Source: Acidobacteriota bacterium (GTDB taxonomy: Bacteria; Acidobacteriota; Thermoanaerobaculia; Gp7-AA8). From it: a DNA stretch of 64,000 nucleotides. The DNA lies in the NCBI GenBank assembly GCA_019244185.1, contig JAFATB010000015.1:25109-89108 (forward strand), in the 5' to 3' direction. Under the pieces are notes generated by a model. The model was not told the origin of the DNA, made no database searches, and saw nothing but the letters and a program-made list of their open reading frames with translations. Below, in pieces: positions 1 through 9,889 of this stretch (positions are counted from its first letter, which is position 1; each line of letters opens with the position of its first letter). Made by a program: the position numbers and the translations under genes.

Positions 1-375
1 CAGCAGATGGAGATGCTGGTGTCCGTTGAGATGCGTCACGCGCAGGTCGCTCGCGAGGACGCGCTCGATCTGCGCGCGCAGCTCGCGCTCGATGGCGTCG
101 ATTGAGATTGCGCGTGCGAGGTAGAGCGGCACGAACGACGTGTATTTCTTCGGGAAGCGGAGATTCGTCAGCGGACGCTCTTCGACGAGCGTGAGATGCA
201 CGCCGGCTTCGAGCGACGGCAGCTCCCGCAGACGCGCGACCGCGTCGTCGAAGGCGGCGCCGGTCGCGACGAGGCTGCAGGCGGTGACGATGCCCTCGCG
301 ATGCGCGCGGATCGCGCCTTCCGTCATTCCGGGATGCAGCCCGACGTCGTCAGCCGTGACGATCAGCCGGCGCAT
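1..375 (-). CDS. ChbG/HpnK (YdjC) family carbohydrate deacetylase, 3' end outside window
   Basis: Manual translation from ATG at 375: MRRLIVTADDVGLHPGMTEGAIRAHREGIVTACSLV...GVHLTLVE...THLNGHQHLH; TADD, GxHL and HxxGHQH motifs of the YdjC family. Confidence 0.9.
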   Translation of the reverse strand, partial: MRRLIVTADDVGLHPGMTEGAIRAHREGIVTACSLVATGAAFDDAVARLRELPSLEAGVHLTLVEERPLTNLRFPKKYTSFVPLYLARAISIDAIERELRAQIERVLASDLRVTHLNGHQHLHLL

Positions 376-1114
376 AGTCGACCGCGCGCGTACGCTGCTC
401 GCGCGGCACCTTCTTCCGCATCTCGGGATAGAGCCGCACGAGCTCCTGCAGAATTTTCAGCACCACGCCGAACGACGCGAGATGCGACGTGCCGCGGATG
501 CGCGGGAAGTAGTCGGTGCCGATCTGCTGGATGGCGAAGCCGCGGTTCTTCGCTTTGACGATGAGCTCCGCGTCGATGAGCGAGCCTTCCGACTTCAACT
601 CGATGGCGTCGAGCACCTCCCGCTTCATCAGCTTGAAGGAGAAGTTGATGTCGCGATGCGGCCAGCCGAAGAGGAAGCCGATCAGCCAGTTGTAAACGAG
701 CGTGTACACGCCGCGCTTGAATCCTTCCATCGTGCGGTCGTGGCGGTACGCCGCGATCATGTCCGCGCCGGTGACTTCCATTGCACGCATCGCGCGGCCG
801 AGGACGTCGGGATCGAACGGGATGTCGGAGTCCATGTAGAAGACGAGATCCTTGCGCGCGGCAGCGAAGCCGGTGCGCAGCGTCGCGCCGAGCTTGCGGT
901 TCTTCTCGTGGCGCAGAATGCGGATCTTCGGATTCGCGTGCGACAGCGACGCGGCGATGCGCGGCGAGGCGTCGGTCGACGCGTCGTCGACGATCAGGAT
1001 CTCGTAGTCGCCCGCGTACTTTTCGAGCGACTCGACCGCCGCCGCGACGGCCTGCTCGATGTTCAGCTCCTCGTTGTACATCGGAATCACGAGCGAGACG
1101 GACGGGCGCGGCAT
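350..1114 (-). CDS. Glycosyltransferase family 2 (polyprenol-phosphate mannose synthase-like)
   Basis: SLVIPMYNEE, VDDASTD, MDSD (DxD) and DINFSFKLM motifs; start chosen 7 nt below a TATGAT -10 box (alternative starts 1123/1126). Confidence 0.9.
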   Translation of the reverse strand: MPRPSVSLVIPMYNEELNIEQAVAAAVESLEKYAGDYEILIVDDASTDASPRIAASLSHANPKIRILRHEKNRKLGATLRTGFAAARKDLVFYMDSDIPFDPDVLGRAMRAMEVTGADMIAAYRHDRTMEGFKRGVYTLVYNWLIGFLFGWPHRDINFSFKLMKREVLDAIELKSEGSLIDAELIVKAKNRGFAIQQIGTDYFPRIRGTSHLASFGVVLKILQELVRLYPEMRKKVPREQRTRAVDYAPADRHG

Positions 1115-1122
1115 CGGCGGCA

Positions 1123-1767
1123 TCATAGCGGCTTCCGCGCGGTGTACAGGATGTGCGGATGCGGATAGCCGCGGTCGATGCGGCGCGCCGCGAAATCGGT
1201 GAAGCCGATCGCGCGCAGCGTGGCTTCGAGCTCCTCGCGCGTTTGATACACGAACCCGCGCCCGAGGGTCACGTGGAGGAAGGCGTTGTTGAGGGATTCC
1301 TGCAGGCGCGCCCAGCGGATTTTTAGGCCGCGCGCGGGATCGAGCTCCTTGAGCACGAACGTGCCGCCGGGCGCGAGGCGCTCGTAGATGCGGCGATAGA
1401 GCGTGACGCGCTCGTCGAGCGTCAGGAGATAAACGACGTCGGCGACGAGGATCGCGTCGAACGCGCCGCGGATCGCGTCGTCGAACGCGGCGATCCAGCG
1501 CACGCCGGGCGCGTGCGGCGGGAGCGACTTGCGCAGGTCCGGCTCGACGGCGAAGACGCGCAGGCGAGGATTCGCCGCGGCGAGATACGCGTAGATGCCG
1601 TGACCCGCGCCGAGCTCGAGGACGCGGCCGGATTCCGGCAGCACGTCGAGCATGCGCGGGAACGGACACGTGAGAAAGCGGATGGCGACGTGGACGCGCG
1701 CGGCGGGCGGCGTGCCGCGGTAGACGCGGCGCAGAAGGGCGATCGCGTCGCGCGTGCGCATTGACAC
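1123..1767 (-). CDS. Class I SAM-dependent methyltransferase
   Basis: VLELGAGHG motif I, FDAIL and LAPGGTF motifs. Confidence 0.85.
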   Translation of the reverse strand: MSMRTRDAIALLRRVYRGTPPAARVHVAIRFLTCPFPRMLDVLPESGRVLELGAGHGIYAYLAAANPRLRVFAVEPDLRKSLPPHAPGVRWIAAFDDAIRGAFDAILVADVVYLLTLDERVTLYRRIYERLAPGGTFVLKELDPARGLKIRWARLQESLNNAFLHVTLGRGFVYQTREELEATLRAIGFTDFAARRIDRGYPHPHILYTARKPL

Positions 1768-1787
1768 TGCGGCGATTATAGAAGCGC

Positions 1788-3509
1788 TTGCGAATCAGCT
1801 TCTGGGTTGCCGCGGCCTGCGTGCTCGCTCTGCACTTCGTGTCGATTCCGCTCACGATCTGGGAACACGACGAGGTGCAGTTCGCGATGGGCGTCGACCG
1901 CTACGAGCCGCTGCGCCACCATCCCGCGCCGCCCGGCGCGCCGCTCTTCATCGGAGCGGCGAAGCTCGTGCGGCCGCTGTTTCCCGACGCGTTTCACGCG
2001 CTGCGCGCGCTGAACATCGTCGCGACGATCGCGGGACTGGCGGCGCTCATCGCCGCGTTCGGCTCGCTTACGCGCAATCGCGCGACGGCAACGCTCGGCG
2101 CGTGTCTGTTCTACGCGTCGCCATCGATGCTGGTGCATGGGATGACCGCGTTCTCGGATCCCGGGGCGATCGCGCTGCTCGCGCTCGCGCTCTGGCTCGG
2201 CGCGAAGGCGCAGGACGAGCCGCGCTTCGCGTGGGGCTTCGCGCTCGCGTGCGCGGCGTCGGTGGGCTGGCGTCCGCAGTTCGCGATCGCGGTCCTGCCA
2301 CTCTTCTTCGCCACGCTCGTCCTCGTGCGCAACTGGCGCGCGCGCTTCGTCGCGCTCGGCGCGTTCACGCTTGGCTGTCTCGCGTGGCTCGTGCCGCTCG
2401 TCATGGCGACGGGAGGCGTCGCGGGATTTGTGCAGTGGCTGTTCGGGCAGGCCGCGTACTACGCCGCGCACGATGCATCGCTCTCGCGCAACGGCATCTC
2501 GACGTCGCTGCTCTTCTTCCGCTTCATCGCCCATCCGTGGGGGCCGAAGCTGCTCGCGTTTCCGGTGCTCGTCGCCGCGGCGATCGGTGCGGCGCTCTCG
2601 CTGCGCGCGAAGCGGCTGCTGCCGCTCGCAATCATGGGCGCGGTGTATCTCGCGTTCGCGCTGGCGACGATGGATCCCGCCGACGCCGTGCGCTATGCGC
2701 TGCCGTCACTCGTCGCGGTCGCGCTGTTCGCCGCAGTCGCGCTGACCAGCCTGCACCACGCCGCGTGGCTCGCGCTCGCCGCGTACGCGATCGGCGCGTA
2801 TCTCTATGCGTCTCCCCTGCTTCGCGCACGCGCGCACACGCCGTCGCCGCCGGTCGCCGCCGCGGCGGCGCTGCGCGCGCTCGTGCCGCGCCACTCGATC
2901 GTGCTCTACGACCTGCAACTGCGCCCGCACGCGGAGTACCTCCTGCCGGAGTTTCCGCAGATGCGCATCGACGAAGGCCTGCATCGTTTCGGCGATCGCG
3001 TCGACGTCCCGCTCTTCATCTACGCCGACGGCGCCGTTGGTCAACACGTTTACCAATGGCCCGACAGCGACGCGTATCGCAAGCTGACCCGCGGCTTCTA
3101 TCGCGCGGTGAGCTTCGTCGACGTGCCGCCGGAGCGCCGCTACGTCGCGCTCTCCGGCGTTTTCGCGCCCGAGCGCTCGCGCACCGGCCAGTCGTGGCGC
3201 TGGATCTCCCGCGCCGCCACGCTCCGCCTCCCCGACCTCGGCACCCGCACCGCCGTCCTCACGCTGCGCCTCCCGCCCGAGTATCCGTTCGACGGGAACC
3301 GCATCTCCGTCAACGGGCAACTCGTTGCGCTGCGCCGGGGCCAGCAACTCGACGTCGCCGTGCCGCTCGCCCGCGGCCGGAACGAGATTCACCTCGTCGC
3401 CGAGCGCGCGTTCGCGCCGAAGGACATCCCGAACAGCCGCAATGCCGATCCGCGCGTGCTCTCCGTCATGCTGACGCACGTCGTGCAGCGAACGGCACCG
3501 ACGCGCTGA
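1788..3509 (+). CDS. Multi-pass membrane protein, probable GT-C (PMT/ArnT-like) glycosyltransferase with C-terminal periplasmic beta domain
   Basis: About 11 hydrophobic segments, EHDE acidic loop after TM1, HHPAPPG, FSD, RPQ and RY motifs, C-terminal WRW...DPRVLSV domain. Confidence 0.65.
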   Translation: MRISFWVAAACVLALHFVSIPLTIWEHDEVQFAMGVDRYEPLRHHPAPPGAPLFIGAAKLVRPLFPDAFHALRALNIVATIAGLAALIAAFGSLTRNRATATLGACLFYASPSMLVHGMTAFSDPGAIALLALALWLGAKAQDEPRFAWGFALACAASVGWRPQFAIAVLPLFFATLVLVRNWRARFVALGAFTLGCLAWLVPLVMATGGVAGFVQWLFGQAAYYAAHDASLSRNGISTSLLFFRFIAHPWGPKLLAFPVLVAAAIGAALSLRAKRLLPLAIMGAVYLAFALATMDPADAVRYALPSLVAVALFAAVALTSLHHAAWLALAAYAIGAYLYASPLLRARAHTPSPPVAAAAALRALVPRHSIVLYDLQLRPHAEYLLPEFPQMRIDEGLHRFGDRVDVPLFIYADGAVGQHVYQWPDSDAYRKLTRGFYRAVSFVDVPPERRYVALSGVFAPERSRTGQSWRWISRAATLRLPDLGTRTAVLTLRLPPEYPFDGNRISVNGQLVALRRGQQLDVAVPLARGRNEIHLVAERAFAPKDIPNSRNADPRVLSVMLTHVVQRTAPTR

Positions 3510-4626
3510 AGACGATCAGCAGCGGATCGACGAGCGGCGTGCGCAGCCGGATCGTCGGGATGTACGGCACGTGCGCCAGCCACATCACGACGAAGAACGC
3601 CACGACCGCGAGCGCAAGCCGCCGGTCGGGCGTACGCGCGAGGCCGATCGCGCCGAAGACGAACAAGCCTATCGAGACGATCGCGCTGAGGAAGACCATC
3701 GCTCGCCCGTATTCAGCGGGATGCAGCCACGGCCGCCAGAACGCCGCGGCTTTCCAGAGCGTCGGACGCACGGGATCGCGACGGAACTGCGCGAGCGCGA
3801 GCCGCTGCCATTCGCGGTCGCGCGTCTTCGGGGTCGCCGCGCGCGCGTCGACGATCCGCGCGGTCTCGGCGACGGTCACCGACTCGAAGTGCTGCGAGCC
3901 GCGCGCGAACGCGTCGCGGTCGCGCAGCTGCACGATCCGCAGCAACTCCGGATGCGTGCCGCGCCACAGGTTGAATCCGCCCGCGTCGTTGACCACGATC
4001 AGCTCGTGAAAGCGCAGGTAGTTCCGCAGCGTCCACGGCGCGAGCGTGAGCGCGGCCGCCGCGACGAGCGCGAGCGCGCCTCTTCGATCGCGCACGAAGA
4101 CGAACAGCGCCAGCAGCGGAATGACGAGCAAGCCCGTCGGTCGCGTCAGCGTCGCGAGCCCGATCGCCGCGCCGGCCAGCGCGGGATTGCCGCGCACGAC
4201 GAGCCAGAAGCCGAGGAGCAGAAACGCCATGAAGAGAGGCTCGCTCCGGATGTCCGTCACCGCGCCCACAAAGAACGGATGGAACGCCGCCAGGATGGCC
4301 GCGAGCAAGGCCGCCCGGCGCGAAAAAAGCCGCTCCGTCAGGAGATAAATCAGCAGCACCGACAATGCATCACAAGCCGCCAGTCCGTACTTCACGACAC
4401 GCGCCGCGGACGGATGACACGCCGTCACCGCCAGAATGAAAAACGGCACTCCGGGGGCGCGGAAGAACGGCAGATTCCCCCGCTCCGGATAGACGTGCTG
4501 CGCGCAGACCGACTGCGCCGTGGCGAGGTAATCGGCGGCGTCGCCGAAGTCGATCCGGGCCGCGCCGGTGAGCTCGATCGCGAGCAGCCGCACGAGGAGC
4601 GCGCAGATGAAAACGGCCAGACGCAT
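3466..4626 (-). CDS. GT-C family 39 (ArnT/PMT_2-like) glycosyltransferase
   Basis: DAADY loop, FRAPGVP, SEPLF, LTRP and PWTLRN motifs; multi-TM. Confidence 0.8.
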   Translation of the reverse strand: MRLAVFICALLVRLLAIELTGAARIDFGDAADYLATAQSVCAQHVYPERGNLPFFRAPGVPFFILAVTACHPSAARVVKYGLAACDALSVLLIYLLTERLFSRRAALLAAILAAFHPFFVGAVTDIRSEPLFMAFLLLGFWLVVRGNPALAGAAIGLATLTRPTGLLVIPLLALFVFVRDRRGALALVAAAALTLAPWTLRNYLRFHELIVVNDAGGFNLWRGTHPELLRIVQLRDRDAFARGSQHFESVTVAETARIVDARAATPKTRDREWQRLALAQFRRDPVRPTLWKAAAFWRPWLHPAEYGRAMVFLSAIVSIGLFVFGAIGLARTPDRRLALAVVAFFVVMWLAHVPYIPTIRLRTPLVDPLLIVFSASVPFAARRASA

Positions 4627-4670
4627 CGGATATGATGGCGCGGCCCGCAACCTCGCATAAGGAGTCACTT

Positions 4671-5909
4671 GTGTCCAATTTCCCCGGCGTTGACTATCTC
4701 GAGATCGACTCGCTCTTCAGTGAAGAGGAGCTGATGGTACGGCAGACCGTCCGCGACTTCGTGGACGAGGAAGTCCTCCCGATCATCGAGCACGCGAACC
4801 GCGAAGAGAAGTTCCCCATGCACCTCATCCCGAAGATGGCGGAGATGGGCCTCTTCGGCGCCACGATCAAAGAATATGACCTGCCCGGTCTCAACAACGT
4901 CGCCTACGGCCTGATCATGCAGGAGCTCGAGCGCGGCGACTCCGGCCTCCGCTCGTTCGCGTCCGTGCAGTCCGGCCTCGTGATGTATCCGATCTACGCG
5001 TACGGCTCGCAGGAGCAGCGCGATTACTGGATTCCGAAGCTCGCCGCGGGCGAGAAGATCGGCTGCTTCGGCCTCACCGAGCCCGACTTCGGCTCGAATC
5101 CGAGCGCGATGCGCACGCGCGCGCGCCGCGACGGCGACTCGTGGATCCTCAACGGCGCGAAAGCATGGATCACCAACGGTTCCATCGCCGACGTGGCCGT
5201 GGTCTGGGCGAAAGCGGAAGGCACCATCCGCGGCTTCCTCGTCGAGAAGGACACTCCCGGCTTCCACACCGCCTATCACATGGGCAAGTTCTCGCTGCGC
5301 GCGTCCGTCACCTCGCAGCTGTTCTTCGAGGACTGCCGCATCCCTCTCGAAAACGTCCTTCCCGAGACGAATGGTCTCAAGTACCCCCTCGGCTGCCTCA
5401 CGCAGGCGCGCTACGGCATCGCCTGGGGCGTCCTCGGCGCGGCCATGAGCGTCTACAACACGGCGCTCCAGTACACGAAGTCGCGCATCCAGTTCGGCGG
5501 CCAGCCGATCGCGTCGCATCAGCTCGTGCAGAACAAGCTCGCCTGGATGATCACGGAGATCACGAAAGGCCAGCTCCTCGCGCTGCAGGCCGGACGCCTC
5601 AAGGATCAGGGCAAGCTCAAGCCGCACCACGTGTCGATGGCGAAGATGAACAACTGCAACATCGCCCTCGAATGCGCGCGCGTCGCCCGCGACATGCTCG
5701 GCGCCAACGGCGTCTCCGACGAGTACCCGATCGTCCGCCACATGATGAACCTGGAGTCCGTGAAGACGTACGAGGGCACGCACGACATCCACAACCTCAT
5801 CATCGGCCACACCGTCACCGGCATCCCGGCGTACAACCCGCCGATGTCGGCCAAACAGGAGCAGGAGCTGAGCGCCGCCGCGGAAGCAGCCGCTCTCGCA
5901 CAAAAGTAA
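4671..5909 (+). CDS. gcdH: Acyl-CoA dehydrogenase, glutaryl-CoA dehydrogenase-like
   Basis: GCFGLTEPDFGS, KAWITNG, QFGGQPIA and TYEGTHDIH motifs; GTG start after AGGAG. Confidence 0.85.
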   Translation: MSNFPGVDYLEIDSLFSEEELMVRQTVRDFVDEEVLPIIEHANREEKFPMHLIPKMAEMGLFGATIKEYDLPGLNNVAYGLIMQELERGDSGLRSFASVQSGLVMYPIYAYGSQEQRDYWIPKLAAGEKIGCFGLTEPDFGSNPSAMRTRARRDGDSWILNGAKAWITNGSIADVAVVWAKAEGTIRGFLVEKDTPGFHTAYHMGKFSLRASVTSQLFFEDCRIPLENVLPETNGLKYPLGCLTQARYGIAWGVLGAAMSVYNTALQYTKSRIQFGGQPIASHQLVQNKLAWMITEITKGQLLALQAGRLKDQGKLKPHHVSMAKMNNCNIALECARVARDMLGANGVSDEYPIVRHMMNLESVKTYEGTHDIHNLIIGHTVTGIPAYNPPMSAKQEQELSAAAEAAALAQK

Positions 5910-5962
5910 TTCTTCTTTAAGGCATTACTTAAACCTATACTCACTTCCATAGGAGGTGACGT

Positions 5963-6529
5963 ATGGGCTATCTCGACGACCTGGACCAACTCCATCGCGA
6001 CATCGATGCGGCGGAAGAGCAGCTTCGCGCGAGCGGCGCCGGCGCATTGCTGGGCGGCGGTCAGCTGAACCAGTTCGAGCTGTTCGGAAAATCGATCGGC
6101 AGGCTGATCGCCTTCACCATTCTGCCGGCGGGCGAGAGCGGGTTCACGCACACGTCGATCTCGTTCACCGACCGCGGCTTCTACTTCATCGACGGCAACG
6201 TCATCCCCGGCGGGACGAACACGACGTTCAAAGGCTTTCTCAACGCGCACGGCATCTTCTACGGTCAGGGCAACGGGATGTCGATCGCGATGACGCAGCC
6301 CGAGCGCACGTCGGGCACGTGGCTCACCGAGGGCGTGGCGAAGGTGCTGCCGTCGCTGACGGGCGCCGGCACGTATCGCGGATCGATGCTGTACAACTGG
6401 GCGCCGAACGGCCCGTTCGCGCGGCTCAACGGCATGCCGGCCATCTTTCAGCTGGTCATCGACGAGCTCGGGTTCACGTTCGGCACGATCTGGCGATGGA
6501 TCGAGCCGACTTCCGACGCGAACGCGTGA
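5963..6529 (+). CDS. Hypothetical beta-rich protein
   Basis: Strong AGGAGG RBS, host-like codon usage; GIFYGQGNG...YRGSMLY...ARLNG...IWRW pattern. Confidence 0.7.
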   Translation: MGYLDDLDQLHRDIDAAEEQLRASGAGALLGGGQLNQFELFGKSIGRLIAFTILPAGESGFTHTSISFTDRGFYFIDGNVIPGGTNTTFKGFLNAHGIFYGQGNGMSIAMTQPERTSGTWLTEGVAKVLPSLTGAGTYRGSMLYNWAPNGPFARLNGMPAIFQLVIDELGFTFGTIWRWIEPTSDANA

Positions 6530-6614
6530 TCGCGAAGCCGCACGACGCCCGTTCTCCCGGAAAAGGTTCTGCTAGAGTGTGCGCGCAAAATCTTTCCGGG
6601 TAGAACGGAGCGTC

Positions 6615-7598
6615 ATGGAATCGAGTCTGGAAGTCGGCTTCCTGCGCGCGGCTGAGAAAGCGGCCATCGCCTCGGCGCGCACGATGGGTTACGGCAAGCG
6701 GAAGTACTCCGATCAGGTCGCGGTCGAGGCGATGCGCGACGAGCTCAATCGCCTGAAGATGCGCGGCTCGGTCGTCATCGGCGAAGGAGAGCGCGACAAG
6801 GCGCCGATGCTCTACGTCGGCGAGCCGCTCGGCCGCGGCTGGACCGAGGGCGAGATCTATCCGGAAGTCGACATCGCCGTCGATCCGCTCGAAGGCACGA
6901 ACCTCTGCGCCACCGGCTCGGCGAACTCCATCGCCGTGATCGCGGCGTCGGAAAAAGGCGGCCTGCTCAACGCGCCCGACATCTACATGGACAAGATCGT
7001 CGTCGGCCCCACCGCGGCGGAGTCGGTCGCGCTCAACGCGAGCGTCGAGGACAACCTCAACGCGATGGCCGAGGCGTTCCAGCGCGACGTCGACGAGCTG
7101 ACCATCATCGTGCTCGATCGCGAACGCCATCAGGATCTCATCGCGCAGATCCGCGAGGCCGGCGCGCGCATCAAGCTGATCACCGACGGCGACCTCTCCG
7201 GCGGCATCGCCGCCGCCGTCCGCGGCACCGGCGTGCACGCGGCGATGGGCATCGGCGGCGCCCCCGAAGGCGTTCTCACCGCCGCCGCCATGCGCTGCCT
7301 CGGCGGACGCATGCAGGGCAAGCTCAAGCCTCTGGAGAAGTGGCAGGAAGACCGCCTGCGCTCGATGGGCTTCAAGGATGATGAGAAGGTCTACGACACG
7401 TCCGAGCTGGCGTCGGGTAACGACATCATCTTCTGCGCGAGCGGCGTCACCGACGGCGACCTCCTGCGCGGCGTCCGCTTCTTCGGCGGCGGCATCCGCG
7501 TCTCGTCGCTGTTCATGTCCCTCAAGTCGAACGTGATCCGCTTCGTCGACACGATCTACCGCGAGGAAGGCAGCAAGCTGGCGGTGAGCTTCACGTAG
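6615..7598 (+). CDS. glpX: Fructose-1,6-bisphosphatase class II
   Basis: [32 protein letters not shown] and [11 protein letters not shown] motifs. Confidence 0.95.
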   Translation: MESSLEVGFLRAAEKAAIASARTMGYGKRKYSDQVAVEAMRDELNRLKMRGSVVIGEGERDKAPMLYVGEPLGRGWTEGEIYPEVDIAVDPLEGTNLCATGSANSIAVIAASEKGGLLNAPDIYMDKIVVGPTAAESVALNASVEDNLNAMAEAFQRDVDELTIIVLDRERHQDLIAQIREAGARIKLITDGDLSGGIAAAVRGTGVHAAMGIGGAPEGVLTAAAMRCLGGRMQGKLKPLEKWQEDRLRSMGFKDDEKVYDTSELASGNDIIFCASGVTDGDLLRGVRFFGGGIRVSSLFMSLKSNVIRFVDTIYREEGSKLAVSFT

Positions 7599-8232
7599 GC
7601 GGCGCGTGGCGAAGGTGCTTGCGCTGTTCCTTGATCAGCGCAAGCAGTGTCCCAAACTTCTTGTTGAGCTCTTCGGTGCGCGTGTTTTGCGCGCGCGCTG
7701 CCTCACGACTTCGCCACATCTCGAGATCCGTTAACGAACTGCGCGGTGCGGGCGACGGCTGCCAGCGGGCGAGCGCCAGCAAGCCGTGGATCGCCTGCGG
7801 CCACCGCGAGTCGCCGTCCGGTGCTGCTAGATCGGCCCACCCGAGCAATTGTTCAAGATCGGCACGATCGCGCAGTACGTTGTCGAGCCGCTCCTGAATG
7901 CGTTTGTCGCGCTCGATCGCCATCTCCGATGGTTCCACCGTCCTCGTGATCGAGTTGTGCGCGAGCATGTATTCCTTCTCGATGATGGCAAAGTGATGGC
8001 GGTTCAGGCTGCCGATGAGGCGTCCGCGAAACGCGTACAGCTGCCGATACATCTCGCCGTTCTCGTTCCAGAGGCGCTCCTCCGCCGCAGTGCGCTGCCG
8101 CTCCGCTTCGAGCTGTCTCGTTTTGAAAAAGTCGAGCGTCTGACTCGCGAGCGCTCCAACCAACAAGCTGACCAGGGAGATGGCGACTGTCTGCAGTTTC
8201 GATTCTTTGGGCGTCATGGCTCGCGGTCTCAT
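7591..8232 (-). CDS. Hypothetical protein with N-terminal membrane anchor and helical body
   Basis: [15 protein letters not shown] hydrophobic segment followed by charged helical sequence; fills the gap between rluA-family gene and glpX. Confidence 0.55.
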   Translation of the reverse strand: MRPRAMTPKESKLQTVAISLVSLLVGALASQTLDFFKTRQLEAERQRTAAEERLWNENGEMYRQLYAFRGRLIGSLNRHHFAIIEKEYMLAHNSITRTVEPSEMAIERDKRIQERLDNVLRDRADLEQLLGWADLAAPDGDSRWPQAIHGLLALARWQPSPAPRSSLTDLEMWRSREAARAQNTRTEELNKKFGTLLALIKEQRKHLRHAPPT

Positions 8233-8236
8233 GCGA

Positions 8237-9112
8237 CTACTCCTTTCCGAACAGCTTCCGAAAACTCGGCGGCGTCGGCGCGGTGAACACGAGGTGCTTG
8301 CCCGTCACGGGATGGCGGAAGCCGAGGAGCTTTGCGTGGAGGCCGAGGCGATCGATGGGGTTGACTTCGCTGCCGTACATGCGGTCGCCGACGATCGGGT
8401 GTCCGGCCTCGCTGAGGTGCGCGCGGATCTGGTTCTTGCGGCCGGTCTCGAGCGTGACTTCGAGCATCGAGTAGCGGTCGCTCATCCGCACCGTGCGGTA
8501 GTGCGTCACGGCGTACTTGGCCTCGGGATGCTCCGGACCGCTGACCATCTTGAGATCCTTGCGCTCGCGCAGCCAGGAGCGAAACGTTCCTTCTTCGGGA
8601 TCCATCGCACCTTCGACGATGGCGACGTACATGCGGTCGACGCTGTGCGCGGCGAACTGCTCTTTGAGCTGCTCGCGCGCGTAGGCGTTCTTCGCGAAGA
8701 CGAGCACGCCGGACGTTTCGCGGTCGAGGCGATGCACGACCTGAATGCGCTCCTCCCCTTTGCGGTCGCCGAGGTACGCGTTGAGATACGCCTGCGCGGT
8801 CGTCTCGCGTTCGCGCTCGGTCGGCACGGTGAGCAGGCCGTTCGCCTTCAGCACGACGATGACGTCGCGGTCTTCGTGCAAGATCGCCAAGCCCGGCGGC
8901 AGCGCGGCGGCGAGCGACTTCTCGGTGATCTCGACGAGATCGTGCGGCGCGAGCTCGCGCTTGGCGTTCTTCTCGATCTCGCCGTTCACGCGCACGCGGC
9001 CGTTCTGCAGCATCTGCCGCAGCGTCGTGCGCGAGGCGGACGGCACGAGCGCCGCGAGCGCGTCGAGCATCGGCATCGCTTTGGTGATCGTCTTCCGAAT
9101 CGCGTTTCCCAC
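8237..9112 (-). CDS. RluA family pseudouridine synthase
   Basis: S4-like N-terminus, HRLDRETSG catalytic motif, TGRKNQIRAH, GDRMYG. Confidence 0.93.
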   Translation of the reverse strand: MGNAIRKTITKAMPMLDALAALVPSASRTTLRQMLQNGRVRVNGEIEKNAKRELAPHDLVEITEKSLAAALPPGLAILHEDRDVIVVLKANGLLTVPTERERETTAQAYLNAYLGDRKGEERIQVVHRLDRETSGVLVFAKNAYAREQLKEQFAAHSVDRMYVAIVEGAMDPEEGTFRSWLRERKDLKMVSGPEHPEAKYAVTHYRTVRMSDRYSMLEVTLETGRKNQIRAHLSEAGHPIVGDRMYGSEVNPIDRLGLHAKLLGFRHPVTGKHLVFTAPTPPSFRKLFGKE

Positions 9113-9145
9113 GCCGCGATGATATGAAAGCGCGAGGAGGCCACG

Positions 9146-9889
9146 ATGGAATATCGAATCGTCGGCGACGTGATGCAGGCACTCGAGATCACGCTGCGGC
9201 AGGGCGAGGAAGTGTTCGCCGAGGCGGGCGCGATGCTGTACATGGGCGGCGGCATGGAGCTGCAGGCGAAGATGCAGGGCGGCATCGTCAAAGGGCTGAT
9301 GCGCAAGTTCCTCGCAGGCGAGTCGATGTTCATGAGCGTCTTCCGCTGCAACGTGCCGCAGGCGAAGATGGCCCTGGCGAATCCGATCGCGGGCAAGATC
9401 TTCCCGATCGAGCTGCAGGGAAACACGATTCTCGCGGAGCGCAACGCGTTCCTCTGCGGCATCGGCAACGTCGATCTCTCCGTCGCGTTCACGAAGCGTT
9501 TCGGCGCGGGCCTCTTCGGCGGCGAAGGCTTCATCCTGCAGAAGCTCTCCGGTCAGGGCCTCGTCTTCCTGCACGCCGGCGGCAACATGCTGGAGTTCAA
9601 CCTCGCGCCGAACGAACAGCTGCGCGTCGACACCGGATGCATCGTCTCGATGGCCGAGTCGGTGCGGTACGACATCCAGTACGTCGGCGGCTTCCGCAAC
9701 GCGCTCTTCGGCGGTGAAGGCTTGTTCTACGCGGTGCTGACCGGGCCCGGTCACGTCGTGCTGCAGACGCTTCCGTTCAGCCGGCTCGCGGGACGCATTC
9801 AGGCGGCGGCGGGCGGCCGTCGCGATGAATCGAAAGGACTGGCCGGCATCGGCGGCGGCATTATCGGCGACATCCTGTCGGGCGACTAG
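9146..9889 (+). CDS. TIGR00266/AIM24 family protein
   Basis: AEAGAM, AGESMF, FGGEGF (twice), VDTGCIV and GPGHVVLQTLP motifs. Confidence 0.9.
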   Translation: MEYRIVGDVMQALEITLRQGEEVFAEAGAMLYMGGGMELQAKMQGGIVKGLMRKFLAGESMFMSVFRCNVPQAKMALANPIAGKIFPIELQGNTILAERNAFLCGIGNVDLSVAFTKRFGAGLFGGEGFILQKLSGQGLVFLHAGGNMLEFNLAPNEQLRVDTGCIVSMAESVRYDIQYVGGFRNALFGGEGLFYAVLTGPGHVVLQTLPFSRLAGRIQAAAGGRRDESKGLAGIGGGIIGDILSGD

